Assembly (NCBI GenBank): GCA_963737265.1
Contig: CAVTRY010000021.1
Span: 128,001 to 192,000 of the forward strand
Origin: an uncultured delta proteobacterium
GTDB lineage: Bacteria > Myxococcota_A > Polyangia > Fen-1088
Direction: 5' to 3'
Length of the DNA stretch: 64,000 bases
Part shown: piece by piece, positions 9,847 through 19,796 of the stretch
Numbering within the stretch: the stretch's first letter is position 1
Layout: every line of letters begins with the position of its first letter
Notes under the pieces: generated by a model
Database searches by the model: none
What the model was told of the DNA's origin: nothing
The model's input: the letters and a program-made list of their open reading frames with translations, nothing else
Made by a program: the position numbers and the translations under genes

Positions 9847-9932
9847 GTCTCGTAGTGCAGTCTTGCAACGGCCTTATCGGCCTATTATCGTATCGCCGGC
9901 TGCTGGCAAGACCTATTCCACTGGACTTCCCG

Positions 9933-11037
9933 TCACACGTTGAACTTGAAGTGAATCACGTCGCCGTCGCGCACGACGTATTCCTTGCCTTCTAGCGCGA
10001 GCTTGGCGTTCTGGCGGCAGGCGGCTTCGGAGCGTAGCCGGATCAGGTCTTCCCACCAGATGACTTCGGCTTTGATGAAGCCACGTTCGAAATCGGTGTG
10101 GATGACGCCGGCGGCTTGCGGGGCCTTCGCTCCGCGGCGGACGGTCCAGGCTCGGCACTCGTCTTCGCCGGCGGTGAGAAAGGTGATGAGATCGAGGACG
10201 GCGTAGGCGGTGCGGGCGACGGCGTGCAATCCGGGCTCTTTGAGGCCAAGACTTTCCAAAAACGCCGGGCGATCCGCGGCGTCGAGTCCGGAAATTTCGG
10301 CTTCGGCGGCGGCGCAGATGGCGACCAGAAGCGCGCCCTCTTTCTTCGCGTGGGCGCGCAAAGCTCTGACAGCGGGATCGCTGTCCACGGCCGCCAACTG
10401 CTTTTCGGCGACGTTGGCCACGTAAAAGACTTTCTTGTGCGTGAGCAGGAACAGCTCGCGCATGAGCTCGTTCTCTTCGTCGGAAAGTCCTTGCGCGCGC
10501 ACGGGTGCGCCCTCGGCCAGTGCCTTCTGCACTTTCAGGCAAACCTCGTAGCGGGCCTTTTCTTCCTTGGACGCCCCGCCCTTCATGGCCGCCTTGGCTC
10601 TGTCGATGCGCTTCTCGACGGTTTCGAGAATCCTTGAGGCACAGCTCGGTGTCGACGGTCAGGACGTCCGACACCGGATCGATGCGGCCATCGACGTGCA
10701 CGATGTTGTCGTCTTCAAAGCAGCGCACGACGTGGGCGATGGCGTCGACTTCGCGAATCGTGGCCAGAAACTGATTGCCAAGGCCCTCGCCCTTCGAGGC
10801 GCCGCGCACGAGGCCGGCTATGTCGACGAAGTTGACCGTCGCGGCGACGGTCGACTTGGGATGGTAGAGCGCAACCAAGGCGTCGAGGCGTGGGTCAGGG
10901 ACCTGCACCACGCCGACGTTGGGTTCGATGGTGCAGAACGGATAGTTCGCCACGGCCGCACCTGCCGCCGAGAGCGCATTAAAAAGCGTCGACTTGCCCA
11001 CGTTGGGCAAGCCGACGATACCGCATGAAATGGCCAT
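9933..11037 (-). CDS. ychF: Redox-regulated ATPase YchF (one +1 frameshift near 10630, likely sequencing error)
   Basis: [44 protein letters not shown]; removing one base gives 367 aa. Confidence 0.93.
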
Positions 11038-11080
11038 AGAATCGCACGGCGCCCGCGCAAAGCGGGCGGCCTGGGCAGGG

Positions 11081-11410
11081 CTAGATCTTGCCCGCCAGGT
11101 TGAAGGCGATGAGCAAGCCGTAGATGACGAGCGACTCGATGAGCGCCAGGGCGACGATCATCGGGACGAAGATCTTGCCCGAGGCTTGCGGGTTGCGCGC
11201 GATGCCGTCGAGAGCGGACGCGGCGGCGCGGCCTTGACCCAAACCGCCACCCAGGGCGGCGAGCCCGATAGCGAGTGCGGCGCCGATGCCGATGAGGCCC
11301 TTGGAATTGTCGGCGGCGGGGGCGGCACCCTGGGCGAAGGCAGCGGCGCTCGAAAGAGCCGTGACGACAAAGGCGGCCATAGGAATGAACAACTTGGCTA
11401 CTCGGCGCAT
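11081..11410 (-). CDS. atpE: F0F1 ATP synthase subunit c with N-terminal extension
   Basis: [21 protein letters not shown]. Confidence 0.95.
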   Translation of the reverse strand: MRRVAKLFIPMAAFVVTALSSAAAFAQGAAPAADNSKGLIGIGAALAIGLAALGGGLGQGRAAASALDGIARNPQASGKIFVPMIVALALIESLVIYGLLIAFNLAGKI

Positions 11411-11458
11411 CTCAGAATCCTCCTGTACGGGACATGGTGGGTGGGGCGAACCATAAGG

Positions 11459-12229
11459 CTAGTGCTCCTCGTGAGCAATAGCGGTCGAAATGTAAATCGT
11501 CGACAGCAGAGAAAACACGACCGCCTGCACGACTGACACGAACACGCCCATCACAAGGAAGGGCACGGGCACGAGAATGGGAATCAGAGCAAAAAACACC
11601 GCACCGACCTTGTGATCCGCGGTGATGTTGCCAAGAAGACGCATGGAAAGCGACACCGGACGCGCGATGTGGCTGACGATTTCGATGGGAATCATGAGCG
11701 GTGCCAGCCACCACAACGGGCCCATGAAGTGCTTGAAGTACTTGAGGCCGTGTGTGGCAACGCCAAAAACATGGGTCAGGACGAACACCAAGGCTGCCAG
11801 CGCCACGTTGGTCTTGAGCGTCGACGTCGGCGGCAGAAAGCCAGGAATCAGCGACAGCAGATTGCTGAACAGAATGAAGAGAAAAAGCGAGCCGATGAGC
11901 GGAAGGTACTTGCGCGTCGCCTTGGCCCCCATGGGACCTTCCATGAGCCCGAAGATCATGTCGCCGAAAATCTCAAGCAGGTTGCGCAGGCAGAATCGTG
12001 GTGGCGGGACCGCGCCACCGTCGGACGAAAGGCGGATGCTCATGGCGTAGCGCAAGGCGAAGAGCGTGAGCAACAAGAACACCAGCAGACCGCCCAGGAT
12101 GTGGTCGATCTCGAAGTGCGTGGCCTGGAAGACCTGCCACGTCCACCTGCGGCCGAAATAGATTTCAAGGTTTTCGCGCAGGGTTTCGTAACCACGAAAC
12201 AGGCTGAACCACGTCGAGTGCGGACCCAT
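11459..12229 (-). CDS. atpB: F0F1 ATP synthase subunit a
   Basis: NLLSLIPG..PT, ARPVSLSMRLLGN, VQAVVFSLLSTIYI. Confidence 0.95.
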   Translation of the reverse strand: MGPHSTWFSLFRGYETLRENLEIYFGRRWTWQVFQATHFEIDHILGGLLVFLLLTLFALRYAMSIRLSSDGGAVPPPRFCLRNLLEIFGDMIFGLMEGPMGAKATRKYLPLIGSLFLFILFSNLLSLIPGFLPPTSTLKTNVALAALVFVLTHVFGVATHGLKYFKHFMGPLWWLAPLMIPIEIVSHIARPVSLSMRLLGNITADHKVGAVFFALIPILVPVPFLVMGVFVSVVQAVVFSLLSTIYISTAIAHEEH

Positions 12230-12232
12230 GAG

Positions 12233-12622
12233 CTAGGCTCTCCTCTGCTCGCCGGCGGCGGAGCCCATCCACAGGCCGGCGAAAACGAGCGAGATCGGCA
12301 GGACCGATATTCCAATGGCGAATGGCACGAGGGCCAGATTGTAGACACGTATCGCCGCCCATACCAGCGCGAAGAGCACGATCATTTTGGCGCCCAGGGC
12401 CGCAATCAGCCAGGACGCCTGGGTGGTGTCCCCCGCCGCGGCCCGCGCCACGGCCCGCGCGGCCAGACGGCGCAGCACCCAGAGATTGATGCACGCGAGC
12501 ACAGACCCGACGCCCACGCCCACGGCACCCGACTTGCCCCAAACAAAACCGCCAAGCGTGGTCAGGACGACCGCCATGATCAGGTTGGCAAGATCCATGG
12601 CGCCGAAGCTTTTGCTGCTCAT
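12233..12622 (-). CDS. atpI: ATP synthase protein I
   Basis: Four TM segments, INLWVL, GAKMIVL; directly upstream of atpB. Confidence 0.75.
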   Translation of the reverse strand: MSSKSFGAMDLANLIMAVVLTTLGGFVWGKSGAVGVGVGSVLACINLWVLRRLAARAVARAAAGDTTQASWLIAALGAKMIVLFALVWAAIRVYNLALVPFAIGISVLPISLVFAGLWMGSAAGEQRRA

Positions 12623-12873
12623 TTCTGGTCCGGTCTGTCTTTCTCGTCGGCTTCGATACTCTTCTGGTAGCTGCGAACCACTCGAATCAACGCCTTGATG
12701 CCAGCCCCCACCCCTGCCGCGAACCCCACCCACATGAGCCAGGGAGCCACACCGAGTTTGCGATCCAGGTACTGTCCGCCAAGGTAACCTATGCCAATGG
12801 CCACCGAGATTTCAAGACCAACCGCACCCGTCGACGCGGCAATCGACCACATCTTCTTGGCTTCGGGATCCAT
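12619..12873 (-). CDS. AtpZ/AtpI family protein
   Basis: GLEISVAIGIGYLGGQYLDRKLGVAPWL. Confidence 0.8.
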   Translation of the reverse strand: MDPEAKKMWSIAASTGAVGLEISVAIGIGYLGGQYLDRKLGVAPWLMWVGFAAGVGAGIKALIRVVRSYQKSIEADEKDRPDQK

Positions 12874-12920
12874 GGCGCGGCAAACCCAGCAAATGAGTGC
12901 GGAAAAGGACGTTTCTCGCG

Positions 12921-13478
12921 CTAGAAGCGGCTGCTTACCGCCAGGAACGTCATCTTGTCGTTGGTTTCGCGCAAACGAGCCGAAAGGGTCCGAACGAAGC
13001 TCCACAGCAGGTCGTAGGCGAGGTCGCGGTCGACGAACAAAAGATCCGCGACGCTCTCCTTGGTCAGCACCAGCAGCTTGCAGCTTTCGTGGGCGATGGC
13101 GTCGGCGCTGCGGGGAAAATCATCGATGAGCGCCATCTCGCCGAAGTAGTCGCCCGCCTTCAGGATGGCCAACGCTTCCTCGCCCATGCCGGGAACTTGC
13201 CGGCTGATGCGCACCGAGCCCGACAGGATGACGTACAGTTTCTCGCCCGGAGTGCCCTCGGCGAACACCGGCGCACCACGCGGGTAGGTTTCCTCGACGC
13301 CAAGGCTGGCGATGCGCCGCAAGTACACCGCGGGCAAATCGGCGAAGAGGCTAACCTTGGTGAGACAACTCGCGATCTGATCGTGGTTGGCCGCCGAAAC
13401 GACAAGCTCGGCCGCCGGAGTGATGTCCACAACGATGTCAGGCTCGTCGGTCGGATCTGCGTGCGAGCTCTCTCTCAT
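12921..13478 (-). CDS. Cyclic nucleotide-binding domain protein
   Basis: LYVILSGSVRI, GDYFGEMALID..PRSADA. Confidence 0.9.
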   Translation of the reverse strand: MRESSHADPTDEPDIVVDITPAAELVVSAANHDQIASCLTKVSLFADLPAVYLRRIASLGVEETYPRGAPVFAEGTPGEKLYVILSGSVRISRQVPGMGEEALAILKAGDYFGEMALIDDFPRSADAIAHESCKLLVLTKESVADLLFVDRDLAYDLLWSFVRTLSARLRETNDKMTFLAVSSRF

Positions 13479-13598
13479 CGCAGAGGATTATGCTACCGCG
13501 CGGAGCAGACTACCAGACCGGAAAACCCGCGACCGGAAGCTGGTAGCCGGTCAAGACGTGTCTATCCATCGCGGGACCGAGCCCCGGCCGAGCGAGCA

Positions 13599-13671
13599 AG
13601 CCCGCCCGCGAGGCGCAACGAGCGCGCATGGCCCGCGCTATGTAAGCGAGGAGAAACGAAGCGGGCGGGCT
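13599..13671. repeat. Extragenic nested palindrome (REP/MITE-like)
   Basis: AGCCCGCCCGC (13599-13609) inverted to GCGGGCGGGCT (13661-13671), with an inner AGCGCG/CGCGCT stem. Confidence 0.45.
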
Positions 13672-13716
13672 GCGCAGCAGCCGAACGGGCGACGGGAGCG
13701 ATTGATGGACACGTCT

Positions 13717-14676
13717 TCAGTGCGCAAGAAATCGTTCCGTGTCGATGGCGGCCATGCACCCGGTGCCGGCGGCGGTCACGGCTTGACGGTACACGTGGTC
13801 GGCAACGTCGCCGCACGCGAAAACGCCGACGATGTTGGTGGCGGTCGAACCGGGCTTGGTCTGGATATATCCGGTCGCATCCATGTCCAGCTTGCCTTTG
13901 AAAAGATCGCTGTTCGGGGTGTGGCCGATGGCGACGAAAATCCCCTTGCACGACAGATCGCGCGCGCTTCCGTCGCGCGTATCGCGCAAGCGCACCCCGG
14001 TCACGCCCGGCTTGGGCAGATCGCCCAAAATTTCGTCGACCACGGCGTTGGTCACGAAGTCGATCTTGGGATTCCTGCGCGCGCGTTCGAGCATGGCGCG
14101 CGAGGCGCGGAATTCATCGCGCCTGTGCACCAAGGTCACCTTGGTGGCGAGGTTGGTCAGGTACGTCGCCTCTTCCATGGCCGTGTCACCGCCGCCCACC
14201 ACGACCAGATCCAGACCCTTGAAAAAGGAGCCGTCGCAGGTCGCGCACGCCGACAACCCGTGGTTGCGGAATTTCTCTTCCGAGGGAATGTCCAGCCACT
14301 TGGCCGAGGCGCCGGTCGCCACAATGACAGCTTCCGCCAAGAACTCCCCATCGCCTGACGAGATCCCGAATGGCCGCACCGAAACATCCACACTCGTGAC
14401 GTCCGTCGTCACGATGCGTGCGCCGCTGTGTCCAGCCTGCGCACGTATCAGCTCCATCAACTTCGGACCTTGAATTCCGCCGGGAAAACCAGGAAAATTC
14501 TCGACCTCGGTGGTGATGGTGAGCTGGCCGCCCGGCGCCGTGATGGGTTCGACGAGCAAGCCGCCACCTTCAAACATCACCGGCGCGAGGTTGGCTCTGC
14601 CGGCATAGATGGCGGCGGTACAGCCCGCGGGCCCACCGCCGATGATTGCGACTTTGATGTGTTCCGGTCCGGGCAT
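13717..14676 (-). CDS. trxB: Thioredoxin-disulfide reductase
   Basis: [54 protein letters not shown]. Confidence 0.97.
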   Translation of the reverse strand: MPGPEHIKVAIIGGGPAGCTAAIYAGRANLAPVMFEGGGLLVEPITAPGGQLTITTEVENFPGFPGGIQGPKLMELIRAQAGHSGARIVTTDVTSVDVSVRPFGISSGDGEFLAEAVIVATGASAKWLDIPSEEKFRNHGLSACATCDGSFFKGLDLVVVGGGDTAMEEATYLTNLATKVTLVHRRDEFRASRAMLERARRNPKIDFVTNAVVDEILGDLPKPGVTGVRLRDTRDGSARDLSCKGIFVAIGHTPNSDLFKGKLDMDATGYIQTKPGSTATNIVGVFACGDVADHVYRQAVTAAGTGCMAAIDTERFLAH

Positions 14677-14814
14677 TCCGTTCTCCTCTTGAACGCGCAA
14701 ACCTAGCGCATGCCAGCCGGATAACAAAGCCCGGCGCAAGCTCGAAGCGCGGCAAGCTTGACGTCGGCGCGGTGCTCGTATCTTCTACCGGCCAAATCCC
14801 ATCTCGATTCACTC

Positions 14815-15051
14815 GTGACGCCCTCCACATCACAACGCGGCTCCCGCATTCTCGGTTCGTTGGCCTGCCTGGCGCTCGCGTGCACGTTTCTGGCGGCCGA
14901 GATCGATTTCGCTCGCCGCCATCACGTCGGGATCGCGCCCGAGAAATACTGGTTGCCCCAGTTGTCCCGGATCTGGCTGCCCGGCCTCGGACTTGCGCTG
15001 GTGCTCGGCGCGTTTGCCTTCGTACTTCACAGGCGAGGCGGGCGCGCATAG
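14815..15051 (+). CDS. Small two-TM membrane protein (hypothetical)
   Basis: Two hydrophobic stretches; fills the gap before the glycosyltransferase; start uncertain. Confidence 0.4.
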   Translation: MTPSTSQRGSRILGSLACLALACTFLAAEIDFARRHHVGIAPEKYWLPQLSRIWLPGLGLALVLGAFAFVLHRRGGRA

Positions 15052-15080
15052 CATGCCGAGGTTTCCACCGAGCTTGTCGC

Positions 15081-17240
15081 ATGAACCCCACAACTACCAA
15101 TCCTAGCGAACACAACCCGGCGAATGGCTCGGCGATTCCGGCCCCTAGCGCGACCCGCGGGGTCTGGTTTTGCGCGGGAGGTTCCTTCTTCGATCGCTTC
15201 ACCGAACGGCACATGGTCATCTTCATCCTGCTGTTCGGGGTCCTGCTCTACATTCCCTTCGCCGGCAGCTACGGCTTGCTCGATCCCTGGGAAACCCACT
15301 ACGGCGAAGTCGGCCGCCAGATGGCGACCCGCAACGACTTCATCAGCCTATTCTGGCCGGGTTCGCCGCTCGACACCGAAAACTTCTGGTCGAAGCCAGT
15401 GCTGACCTTCTGGATCATGTCCCTTTCGATGAAGGTCTTCGGCCTCGGCAGCGCGGGCTTGGCCGCTGGCACGTTCGCACAATCGAGCCGCATCGAATGG
15501 GCCATGCGCGTGCCCTTCTGCCTGATGTCGTTACTGGCGCTCCTCGGCGTGTACCTGCCGGTTTCACGTTTCGTCAGCCGCCGCGCGGGCGTGTTGTCCG
15601 TGCTGGCCCTGGCCACCTTTCCGCTCTTTAGCCTGATCGCCCGCCAGGCGATCACCGATATGGCGTTCGTCGGCCCCATGAGCCTAGGTCTCGGCTTGTG
15701 CGCCCTCGCGCTATTCGACGACAAGGACGAAGAGCTGCCGCGGCGGCGTTGGGGCCGGCTGTCGTGGCCGCATCATCCCATCTATTACACGACCGTCGGA
15801 CTGCTGGCGCTCACCGCGCTGCCGCAGATCATCGTCGATTCGCTGCAGCTGCGCTGGCCTCTGCCCACCCGGCCGGTGATCACGTTACCCGGCGCGGTGG
15901 CGATGTTGCCGTACGTCTTGGGTCTTGTCGCTTTCCTCTGGCTGACCGCACGAACGAAGTACAAAGCGCCCTTCTATCTGCACATCGCCGCCATTCTGTG
16001 CGGCATCGCCATGCTGGCCAAGGGGCTGGCCGGACTAGGCTTGCCGGTCATCGTATTTTTGGCCTACCTGCTTTTCACCTGGAACTGGAAACGCCTGGCT
16101 CGCGCGGAGATTTTGCGCGCCTTGCCGCTCGCCATCCTCGCCTGCGCGCTGGTGGCGGTGCCCTGGCACCATGCCATGCTGGTCCGCCACGGTATCCCGT
16201 TCTGGAACGAGCTTTACGGCGACAACCACTGGCGGCGCCTGGTGACCGGGCGCCACGGCGACCGCGGCGGCTTCGAGTATTTCATCCGCGAGATGGGCTA
16301 CGGCTTATTTCCATGGATAGAGCTTGCCCCATCCGCCCTGGCGTGGGTGGTGATGCGCTGTCTCGACCGGCCGGCCACGAACGGCGACGCGACAAGGGCA
16401 GCCGCGGCGGCGGCCAAACGTCGCGACATTCTCTGGTTCGGCGCGATTTGGTTCGTGTCGGGCTACGCTCTCGTCTCGTTCTCCATGACCAAGTTCCACC
16501 ATTACATTTTGCCCGCGCTGCCGGGGCTTGCCGTGGCCATGGGCTGCTTTCTCGACGACGTTCTCACCGAGCGGCGCGGACGGCTCATCCTGCTCGCGGT
16601 TATGGCGGGAGCGCCGCTGCTTGGGCTGGTCACCTTCGACCTCACCTCGGCGCAGAAGAGCGCACAGCACTTCATCTGGCTCTTCTCGTATGACTACATC
16701 AATACGCCGCAGGGCCGCCCCTGGCCGCCGGACATGAACTACATCAAGATCCTTTGGGCGTTTGCCGGCGCCTTCACCGTCGCAACTCTGCTCATGGCGT
16801 GGCAACGGGTTCGAACCTACGCTCTCCTAGCCACGGTTGGCGTCGCGCTCGCATTCACCGGTTTTGTCCTCGACGTTTACATGCGCCAGGCGGCAGCCCA
16901 CTGGTCACAAAAGCCTCTCATCGCCCAGTACTACAAGGAGCGTCGGTCGCCGGACGAGCGCCTGCTGGCGTGGCAGATGTATTGGCGGGGCGAGAATTTC
17001 TACACCCAAAACGAAATCTACCAAGGCCCGATGAGCGACCGTACGGTCTTCTTGGGCGACAAGAACGCCGAGAACTTGAAGGAATACCTGGGACGCCATC
17101 ACGGCACGCGCATGTTCTTTCTCATCGAGCGCACGCGACTCGACGGCTTGCGCGGACTTCTGCCCGAAAGCGCCCGTCCCAGCCTGAAGGTCATCAACGA
17201 CGACAACAACAAGTTCTACCTGCTCACAGCGAATATTTGA
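15081..17240 (+). CDS. ArnT/PMT-family (GT-C) membrane glycosyltransferase
   Basis: LLDPWETHYGEVGRQM, SKPVLTFW, LAKG, TKFHHYILP; many TM helices. Confidence 0.85.
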   Translation: MNPTTTNPSEHNPANGSAIPAPSATRGVWFCAGGSFFDRFTERHMVIFILLFGVLLYIPFAGSYGLLDPWETHYGEVGRQMATRNDFISLFWPGSPLDTENFWSKPVLTFWIMSLSMKVFGLGSAGLAAGTFAQSSRIEWAMRVPFCLMSLLALLGVYLPVSRFVSRRAGVLSVLALATFPLFSLIARQAITDMAFVGPMSLGLGLCALALFDDKDEELPRRRWGRLSWPHHPIYYTTVGLLALTALPQIIVDSLQLRWPLPTRPVITLPGAVAMLPYVLGLVAFLWLTARTKYKAPFYLHIAAILCGIAMLAKGLAGLGLPVIVFLAYLLFTWNWKRLARAEILRALPLAILACALVAVPWHHAMLVRHGIPFWNELYGDNHWRRLVTGRHGDRGGFEYFIREMGYGLFPWIELAPSALAWVVMRCLDRPATNGDATRAAAAAAKRRDILWFGAIWFVSGYALVSFSMTKFHHYILPALPGLAVAMGCFLDDVLTERRGRLILLAVMAGAPLLGLVTFDLTSAQKSAQHFIWLFSYDYINTPQGRPWPPDMNYIKILWAFAGAFTVATLLMAWQRVRTYALLATVGVALAFTGFVLDVYMRQAAAHWSQKPLIAQYYKERRSPDERLLAWQMYWRGENFYTQNEIYQGPMSDRTVFLGDKNAENLKEYLGRHHGTRMFFLIERTRLDGLRGLLPESARPSLKVINDDNNKFYLLTANI

Positions 17241-17268
17241 GCAACCGACCATCGCCATGCGTCATCCG

Positions 17269-17297
17269 TTGACAGGTGTGGGTGCGGGTGGCAATAT
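17269..17297 (+). promoter_or_regulatory. Sigma70 promoter of the prs operon
   Basis: TTGACA-N17-CAATAT; GGAGG RBS before the TTG start. Confidence 0.7.
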
Positions 17298-17342
17298 TCG
17301 CGCCCTCTTGACGGGGAGGGCTTCCCGCCAGGTGGAGGAACA

Positions 17343-18284
17343 TTGACCAAGCCATTCGCCATATTCAGCGGTAACGCCAATCTCGCCCTCGCGCAGTCCC
17401 TTTGCGAACACTTGGGACAGCCCTTGGGCAGCGCGAAGGTGGAACGGTTCGCCGACGGTGAGGTGTACGTCGAGATCAACCAAAACGTGCGCGGCGTGAA
17501 CTGCTTCGTGGTGCAACCGACGTGCACGCCGGTCAACGACAACCTGATGGAACTGCTGGTCATGACCGACGCTCTTAAGCGCTCGTCGGCCAATCCCATC
17601 GTGGCGGTCATTCCCTACTTCGGCTACGCGCGCCAGGACCGCAAGACCCGCCCACGCACGCCGATTTCCGCCCGCTTGGCCGCCGATCTCATCACCACGG
17701 CCGGCGTCCATCGCGTCATGGCCATGGATCTCCACGCTGGCCAAATTCAGGGCTTCTTCAACATCCCGGTCGATCATATCTACGCCATGCCGGTCATGAT
17801 GGACTACATGCGCGGCAAGTTCACCAGTGACGCGGTTATCGTCTCGCCCGACGCTGGCGGCGTGGAACGGGCGCGCGCCTTCTCCAAGCGACTCGATGCC
17901 GGCCTGGCCATCATCGACAAGCGCCGGCCCGCCCCCAATGTCGCCGAGCTGGTGAACATCATCGGCGACGTGAAGGGCCGCGACGCCATCATTATTGATG
18001 ATATGGTCGACACTGCTGGAACCTTGTGCGCGGCGGCCAAGGGACTCGCCGAGCGCGGTGCGCGCGCGGTCTACGCGTGCATTACCCACGGCCTTCTCTC
18101 CGGCCCAGCCCTCGAACGCATTCACGCCAGCACCATCAAGGAACTGATCATCACCGATTCCATCCCGCCTCGCCCCGAGGTCAAAGCTTCACCCAAGGTG
18201 CGCGTCCTCTCCGTGGCGCGCCTGCTCAGTGAGGCCGTCAAACGAATTCACATGGGGGACTCGCTAAGTTCCCTCTTCATCTGA
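17343..18284 (+). CDS. prs: Ribose-phosphate pyrophosphokinase
   Basis: [44 protein letters not shown]. Confidence 0.97.
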   Translation: MTKPFAIFSGNANLALAQSLCEHLGQPLGSAKVERFADGEVYVEINQNVRGVNCFVVQPTCTPVNDNLMELLVMTDALKRSSANPIVAVIPYFGYARQDRKTRPRTPISARLAADLITTAGVHRVMAMDLHAGQIQGFFNIPVDHIYAMPVMMDYMRGKFTSDAVIVSPDAGGVERARAFSKRLDAGLAIIDKRRPAPNVAELVNIIGDVKGRDAIIIDDMVDTAGTLCAAAKGLAERGARAVYACITHGLLSGPALERIHASTIKELIITDSIPPRPEVKASPKVRVLSVARLLSEAVKRIHMGDSLSSLFI

Positions 18285-18315
18285 TAGAGATCCGCACGCA
18301 GCAAAGGACGACATT

Positions 18316-19089
18316 ATGGACTTCGCCAAGGTTTCCGTTGAAATTCGCAGCCAATCGGGCAAAGGCCCGGCCCGCCGTTCGCGCGCCAGCGGCAAATTGC
18401 CCGCCGTGCTCTACGGCCACAAGGTCGACCCGCTGGCCCTGGTGCTAGATCCCGTCGAGCTGTCCCACGCCCTCGACAAGGAGCGCAAGCGCAACACCGT
18501 GTTCACGCTTCAGGTGAAGAACGCCGCCAAGCCCGAGGACGTGACGGCCATGATTCGCGACGTCCAGATCGATCCGATCTCGCGCCGCCCCGTGCACGTC
18601 GACTTCATTCGTGTCAGCATGGAAGAGGAAGTCAAGGTGACCGTACCCCTGGTGCTTACCGGCATTCCCGTCGGTGTCACCAATGGTGGCAACCTGCACC
18701 TCAGCCACCACACCCTGCCCATTGCCGCCCGGCCCGACGCCATTCCGACCAAGATCGAGCTGGACGTGACGGCGCTTGAAATCGGCGACGCCCTCCACGC
18801 CAGCGACCTCAAGTTGCCGGCTGGTGTGCGCACCACCTTGGGCGCCAAGGAATCGATTGCTTCCGTCGTTGCACCTCACGTCGAGAAGGTCGAGGTCGAG
18901 GCCGCCGCTGTGGTCGTCGAGGGCGCGGTTCCGGCCGAAGGTGCCGCCGCCGCCGCTGGCGAAAAAGGCGCCGCAGCAGCCCCCGGGGCAGCCGGCGCGG
19001 CAGGTGCCAAGGGTGCCGCACCTGCGGCCGCCGGTGCCAAGGGCGCGCCCGCCGCGGGTGGAAAAAAAGACGACAAGAAGGGCAAGTAA
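18316..19089 (+). CDS. rplY: 50S ribosomal protein L25/Ctc
   Basis: GKLPAVLYG, VQIDP..HVDF; Ala/Gly/Lys tail. Confidence 0.95.
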   Translation: MDFAKVSVEIRSQSGKGPARRSRASGKLPAVLYGHKVDPLALVLDPVELSHALDKERKRNTVFTLQVKNAAKPEDVTAMIRDVQIDPISRRPVHVDFIRVSMEEEVKVTVPLVLTGIPVGVTNGGNLHLSHHTLPIAARPDAIPTKIELDVTALEIGDALHASDLKLPAGVRTTLGAKESIASVVAPHVEKVEVEAAAVVVEGAVPAEGAAAAAGEKGAAAAPGAAGAAGAKGAAPAAAGAKGAPAAGGKKDDKKGK

Positions 19090-19131
19090 GCAAGGAACCT
19101 GCCCGGGTTTGCCAAGCCTTCATTTTGAGCA

Positions 19132-19716
19132 ATGTGGTTGGTCGTGGGGCTCGGCAATCCCGGCCGGCGGTACGCCGGCAACCGGCACAACGCCGGGTTC
19201 ATGGTGGTGGCCGAGCTCATGCAGCGGGCCGGCGCCGAGACGCCGCGCTCGCGCATGGGCGCCGAGCTCGCCGAAGCAAGCCTCGGTGGCGCGAAGGTGA
19301 TTTTCTGCAGGCCCATGGAATTCATGAACACGAGCGGATTTGCCGTCAGCCGAGCGGCGGCTTACTGGAAGGTGCCACCCGCGCAAACCGTGGTGGTTCA
19401 CGACGATATGGACTTGGACTTCGGTCGGGTGAAACTGGTCGAGGGCGGCGGCAGCGGGGGCCACAACGGCCTGCGCTCCATCGCCACCGCTTGGGGTACC
19501 GAGGCGTTTTGCCGCGTGCGTTTCGGCGTCGGGCGCCCGCCCGAGGGCTGGGACGGGGCCGACTACGTGCTGGCGGATTTTTCGACGCGAGAGCGGCAAA
19601 CGCTGCCAAATCTGATAAAAGGAGCCGCCGATGCCACGCAAGCCATCGTCAAAGACGGTTTGGTGGTGGCGATGAATCGATTCAATAGACGCAAGAAGAT
19701 CGAAAGCGCCGAATAG
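19132..19716 (+). CDS. pth: Peptidyl-tRNA hydrolase
   Basis: VGLGNPG..RHNAGF, FMNTSG, HDDMD, GGHNGLRS. Confidence 0.96.
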   Translation: MWLVVGLGNPGRRYAGNRHNAGFMVVAELMQRAGAETPRSRMGAELAEASLGGAKVIFCRPMEFMNTSGFAVSRAAAYWKVPPAQTVVVHDDMDLDFGRVKLVEGGGSGGHNGLRSIATAWGTEAFCRVRFGVGRPPEGWDGADYVLADFSTRERQTLPNLIKGAADATQAIVKDGLVVAMNRFNRRKKIESAE

Positions 19717-19745
19717 TAGGCTCTTTCACGCCCTCCTTGCACCCA

Positions 19746-19791
19746 CTCCTTGCTCGCGGAATTTTTCCGCGGGACGTAGGCCCAAAGGGAG
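19746..19791 (+). ncRNA. Putative S6:S18 (rpsF) ribosomal leader RNA
   Basis: CTCCTT pairs with the AAGGGAG SD; inner CTCGCGGA/TCCGCGGG hairpin; same architecture as known rpsF leaders. Confidence 0.6.
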
Positions 19792-19796
19792 ACACC

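Larger units (their letters stand above)
8309..9951. mobile_element. Integrase-less mini genomic island at the 3' end of ychF, bounded by 19-bp direct repeats
   Basis: TCACACGTTGAACTTGAAG at 8309-8327 and 9933-9951; the latter encodes the ychF C-terminus FKFNV*. Confidence 0.75.

Noticed and set aside
11081-12873. Incomplete ATP synthase operon
   Set aside because: Separate F0 (atpZIBE) and F1 loci are usual in deltaproteobacterial lineages
17240-17343. tRNA-Gln often found upstream of prs
   Set aside because: No cloverleaf or T-loop motif; the space holds only the promoter and RBS
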